Shown here: positions 60,101 to 64,000 of the stretch, piece by piece
How the letters are laid out: the number at the start of each line of letters is the position of its first letter
Numbering within the stretch: position 1 is the stretch's first letter
Translations under genes and position numbers: made by a program
Notes under the pieces: generated by a model
The model's database searches: none
Told to the model about the DNA's origin: nothing
Seen by the model: only the letters and a program-made list of their open reading frames with translations
Assembly (NCBI GenBank): GCA_030704615.1
Contig: CM060734.1
Span: forward strand, 47,678,001 to 47,742,000
Direction of reading: 5' to 3'
Length of the DNA: 64,000 nucleotides
DNA from: Takakia lepidozioides
Lineage: Eukaryota > Plantae > Bryophyta

Positions 60101-61099
60101 TAGGACATGGATAGTTATTTTGGTGGTATCAAAATTTTCCCCTGAAGACAGGGCATTAATGTGGGCATCTCATGTTTGTGTGGAGATGATCACTAACCGT
60201 AGAGGAAAGAGCATATTTCAGGGACAGAATGTAAGCTCTACAAATTTTTGGAGTTGATGGCTTTATACGAAGTCGGATCAATTGTCCAAATTCAATAAGT
60301 GAATCACGAGGATATTATCTATACTTAAAGATTCAAGAAACCATAATATCATCTCTGATTTTTTTATAATAAAAATATACGACAACTTGGATAACCGGGA
60401 GGGGATCGAGATGTAGGAAGTTGGGCTCCGCGTTTTGCGGTGAGAAGAACAAGGACTTGGCCGTTTCAAGGCTAGGCCTTCTTCTATCTTCTCTCAGACT
60501 GCGGTCCTTCCCTTCATCCCCTCTAAGGTTCTTCCTACACTTCTCCATCGCCCTCCGCCTTCTGGATAGTCTCATCGGGCTTTCTTCATCAATCTCCTAA
60601 AATAGAAAAGTGAGGCCATGGCTAGGCCTGCTTCCGGATGATTGCGTGCTCATCAATGTTGTTCCTTCTCTAGCTAGCCATTCGTTCCTACCTCTGCCAC
60701 CTCTTGATGCAGGCACGCTCAGCAGGGTGTTCTCATCTCAAGCGCTCGACATTTGATGCACTTGCGGCGCTATTCATTCTTCTCTGCAACTAAGATTAAT
60801 GCCTACGGCGGAGTTTCGCGCCACTGTCTCTGGACGGGCCCTCGGATGTAACTGTCTGGCACCTTACCTGCATTGCTTCTCTCTCTTTTCTCTCCTCTTT
60901 GCTCTCCTGGCTGTTTCGGCGTTTTCGTAGCTTGGAAGGGTTCCAATAGTGCTGTTGCTCCTTCTTCTGTGGTGCCATCCTCTCCGAACCCAAGTATCTA
61001 TGGCCTATGTTCAGGCTGCTGCCCATGGATTTGGCCCTAGGAGGGTAAAAGGAGACAGGAAAGGGGCAGGCACCCGGGGAGAAGACCTGTGCCCGGGCC

Positions 61100-61504
61100 A
61101 TGCTTGCTCAGAGTGGGCCCAAGGACTCATTTTTTCCGCCTAGACCACCAACCCAATGGAGTGAGGCAGCGGCCCCCGTCGATGAATCTCAACCCATTCT
61201 GCAGTTGAACATGGGCACCATAAAAGAACAATCGCAGATGATGTCTGAGCAAGGGATTTCTCTCTACTTCCTTGGTAGAGTTCGAGACAGAGCCTTTGTA
61301 AGGAAATGGGCTTATGAAAACCTGGGAGCGGGAGGAGGCCTTACCTCACATTTTTGTGTGGCCCTGGGTAGAGGGTTCTTCTCTCTAATGTTCAGCTCTC
61401 ATGATCAGGTGGAGAAAGCCTTGAATTTTAACGTCTCCCTCTCCAAATGTAGGGTTTATATTCCAATAAGAAACTGTTTTTTGTGCAAGTTCTTCCTCTT
61501 CTAA
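61100..61504 (+). pseudogene. L1 ORF1 remnant (DUF4283/RRM-like)
   Basis: ISLYFLGR...FVRKWA...ALGRGFFSLMFSS..QVEKAL, located upstream of ORF2. Confidence 0.6.
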
Positions 61505-62196
61505 GGTTCTCTGATGTGTCCAACTTGCAACCAGGAGAGGTGGCACAAAAGTGGTTATATGGAAGCTCGGTTCCTCCAGAGCTCGGAAGTGCATCAGGCA
61601 TGCCCTTTCTAGTGGCAACCTATGAAGCGGGCAGAGCCCTGGTAGAGGCTTTCTGCTCATCGCAGAAATACGCTCGCAATAGCGAAAAATGGGCCCCATC
61701 GGATGACCTGGCTAGAGTCCTTTTTCCAGATGCAGACAATACTTCCTTCTGCTTGGCTCCCTTGGTTCTTGCTATCCCGTCCCCCCCAGCAGTGAGCTCT
61801 GGCTTTCTTCTTACGCCTTTGTTTATTTTCCTAGAAGGCTGCTCTTCTTCCAAGGGTTGGGTTCTTTCTGCAGAGTCTGCTCCGGAGGTGATTCTTCCAG
61901 CTCTTAAACTCCCCCGCTTCTGTACAGCACCTAGGGCCTTGGCGTTTTCTCAACGTATCTTTGCAGTCGCTCTTTAAAAGCTCTTCAATTAAAGTTGTAG
62001 CCAACCCCCCGTCTGATCAAGGAGCGGAGACAGTGAAAGTCACGATCTGGTTTGTGGGTTCTCCGGAAGTCCCAGCCCCCCCGGGCTTTGCTTGGATACC
62101 TTCGAAGCTCTTCCCAAATCCAGGTTTACAGTTTGAGGTCACCCATCTTCAGCCATCAAATCGTGACAGGCTCACGGGCTTCAAAGTGCTTCCTAC

Positions 62197-64000
62197 ATGA
62201 GCTGGGACCTGCATTCTTGGAATATTAGGGGTATTGGGTCAAAGGCGTCTGTCCCCAAGAGATCTAGGATTAGGCAATGGGCCTCGTATTATCTCTCTTC
62301 TAATTCTATCATTTTCCTTCAGGAGCATAAGTTGGATGCAAGGAAGATTGCATCGCTTGGGCCATCATTTTGGCTGGCTGCCTCGTCTTGGTGGAATCCC
62401 ACCGTGATAGACTCCAGGGGGGGCACGGCCATATTGATTGCCCCTTCCTTAGTGTCTAAGTTTATCAAGGTGGAGTCTTGGATATTAGGCAGAGTGCAAT
62501 GTGCCTTCACCTCTCAAGATTCTATATTTCCTTCTACAGCCTTTATAAATATTTACGCTCCTAATTCTACCTCTGACCGCTCCCAGTTATGGTTAGACAT
62601 CCATGCTAGGATATTAAGCAACTTCCAGGTGACCAACTGGATTTTGGTTGGTGATTTCAACATGGTGGAACAAATGATGGACAGGCTGGGCTCCTCTGCG
62701 CAATCGCTTTCTCCGGAAGAGCGGTAAGCCTGGGACAGGCTTACCTTTTCAGTAGGTCTCTCAGACAGCTTCATCCCCACCAGATCCTCTCTCAGATTCA
62801 CATGGAGTAACAATAGAGCCCCCCCGCACTTGCCTATGGCCAGATTGGATAGGTCTTACTGCTCTCCGCTGGCTGCCTCTTGGATTAAACAGGGTCCACT
62901 CCCCCCCATATTGCCAGATTTTGACCATGCTCTCTTGTCCCTCAAGCTTACTCCCCCAGGGATCCATCAAAGGGGAAGAGGTTTCTTTAAACTGAATCCG
63001 AGTCTCCTTCGATCCCCAAAAGTGATTCAGCAGCTTGCTACAGTATGGAAAGATGCGGGTAACTAATTCACTTCTCCATCCGTTAGATTTTTTCATAAGT
63101 TGGCTGACACAAAGAAGGCAACTCAATCTTTGGCAAGGCAAGCTGCCATGGATAGGGATCGTAAGGAAAAGGCCCTTATCAAAACCATCTCTCACTGTCA
63201 ATGGTTGGTTGAGTCTAGGTTGGTGGGGCCCTTGACCCATCAATCTCTCACTACGGCGAAACGAAACTTGGCAGAGCTGCGAGCAATCAAAGAAGACAAT
63301 ATCCGTAGGAAAGCTGGTATAAACTGGTCTCTTAAAGGTGAAAAAATGTCGGCCTATTTTTTCCAAAAATCTAGGCAGCGTCAAGCTTCTACATCTATTT
63401 CCTCATTACAAGTCCAATCCAACGAGCTTCATGTTAATCCAAAGGCAATGGCTGGGGTGGCAGCACAGTATTTCTCAAATCTCTTTGCTCGTCCTCCAGC
63501 CTCTGAGAACTCCCTCTTCAGCACAAGTGCAGTTCTGGCCTCTGTCCCCTCTATCCTCACTCACCAGGACAATGCCAAGCTTAATGGTCCCTTCTCAGAA
63601 ATGGAGCTCATGCTGGCCTTAGAAAATCTGGCTTCTCTCAAATCCCCAGGATTTGACAGCCTTCCGGTTGAATTCTTCAAACACCTCTGGTCTATAGTCT
63701 CGGAAGATTTCCTTCTTATGGCCAATGACGTGCTGGCCAAGGGCATTATGCCTTCCCAGCTATCTCAAGGGGTAATAGCTTTGATTTTCAAAAAAAGGGA
63801 TCGTGATTTGATTACCAACTACAGGCCCATTACGTTGCTTAATTCTTCTTACAAGATCATAGCCAAGGCTCTCGCCATGAGGCTTCAGCCCTTTTTGCCC
63901 AGGCTGGTGCGTCCAGAGCAGACTGGGTTTATGCAAAATAGAATGATCCTAGACAATGTTCTTCTGGCGATTGAAGCTCTTCATTTGGCCCATCTTTCGG
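62197..64000 (+). mobile_element. L1-clade LINE ORF2 (APE endonuclease + RT), with stops, truncated by the window end
   Basis: SWNIRG, FLQE, INIYAPN, GDFN, ARLDR, KSPG.D, NYRPITLLNSSYKIIAK and QTGF. In-frame stops at ~62725 and ~63064. Confidence 0.93.

Noticed and set aside
62761-63384. 207-aa minus-strand ORF
   Set aside because: It is the antisense shadow of LINE ORF2.

Overview
Eukaryotic nuclear DNA from a land plant, probably a non-seed plant (inference from gene divergence and TE types). Apparently intact genes: tRNA-Gly(GCC); a YebC/TACO1-family gene head-to-head with acetyl-CoA acetyltransferase (thiolase II); an orphan coiled-coil gene; a CYP71-clan cytochrome P450; and 20S proteasome beta-6 (PBF1). 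The rest is accessory. It includes a CACTA terminus, six intron-resident copies of a non-LTR retroelement 3' end, tRNA-derived SINEs, MITEs, and a ~9 kb mosaic of intron-bearing gene fragments (TSS/REC, NUG2, and an EDS5/DTX46-type MATE with scrambled exon order). It also holds a TTAA-flanked piggyBac-like element, a DYW-PPR pseudogene, a full-length chromoviral Ty3/Gypsy inserted in a bacterial-type NmrA pseudogene, a decayed NB-LRR-like region and an L1 LINE running off the right end. Exon boundaries were read by eye from GT/AG sites and reading frame. Family calls rest on remembered motifs, not database searches.
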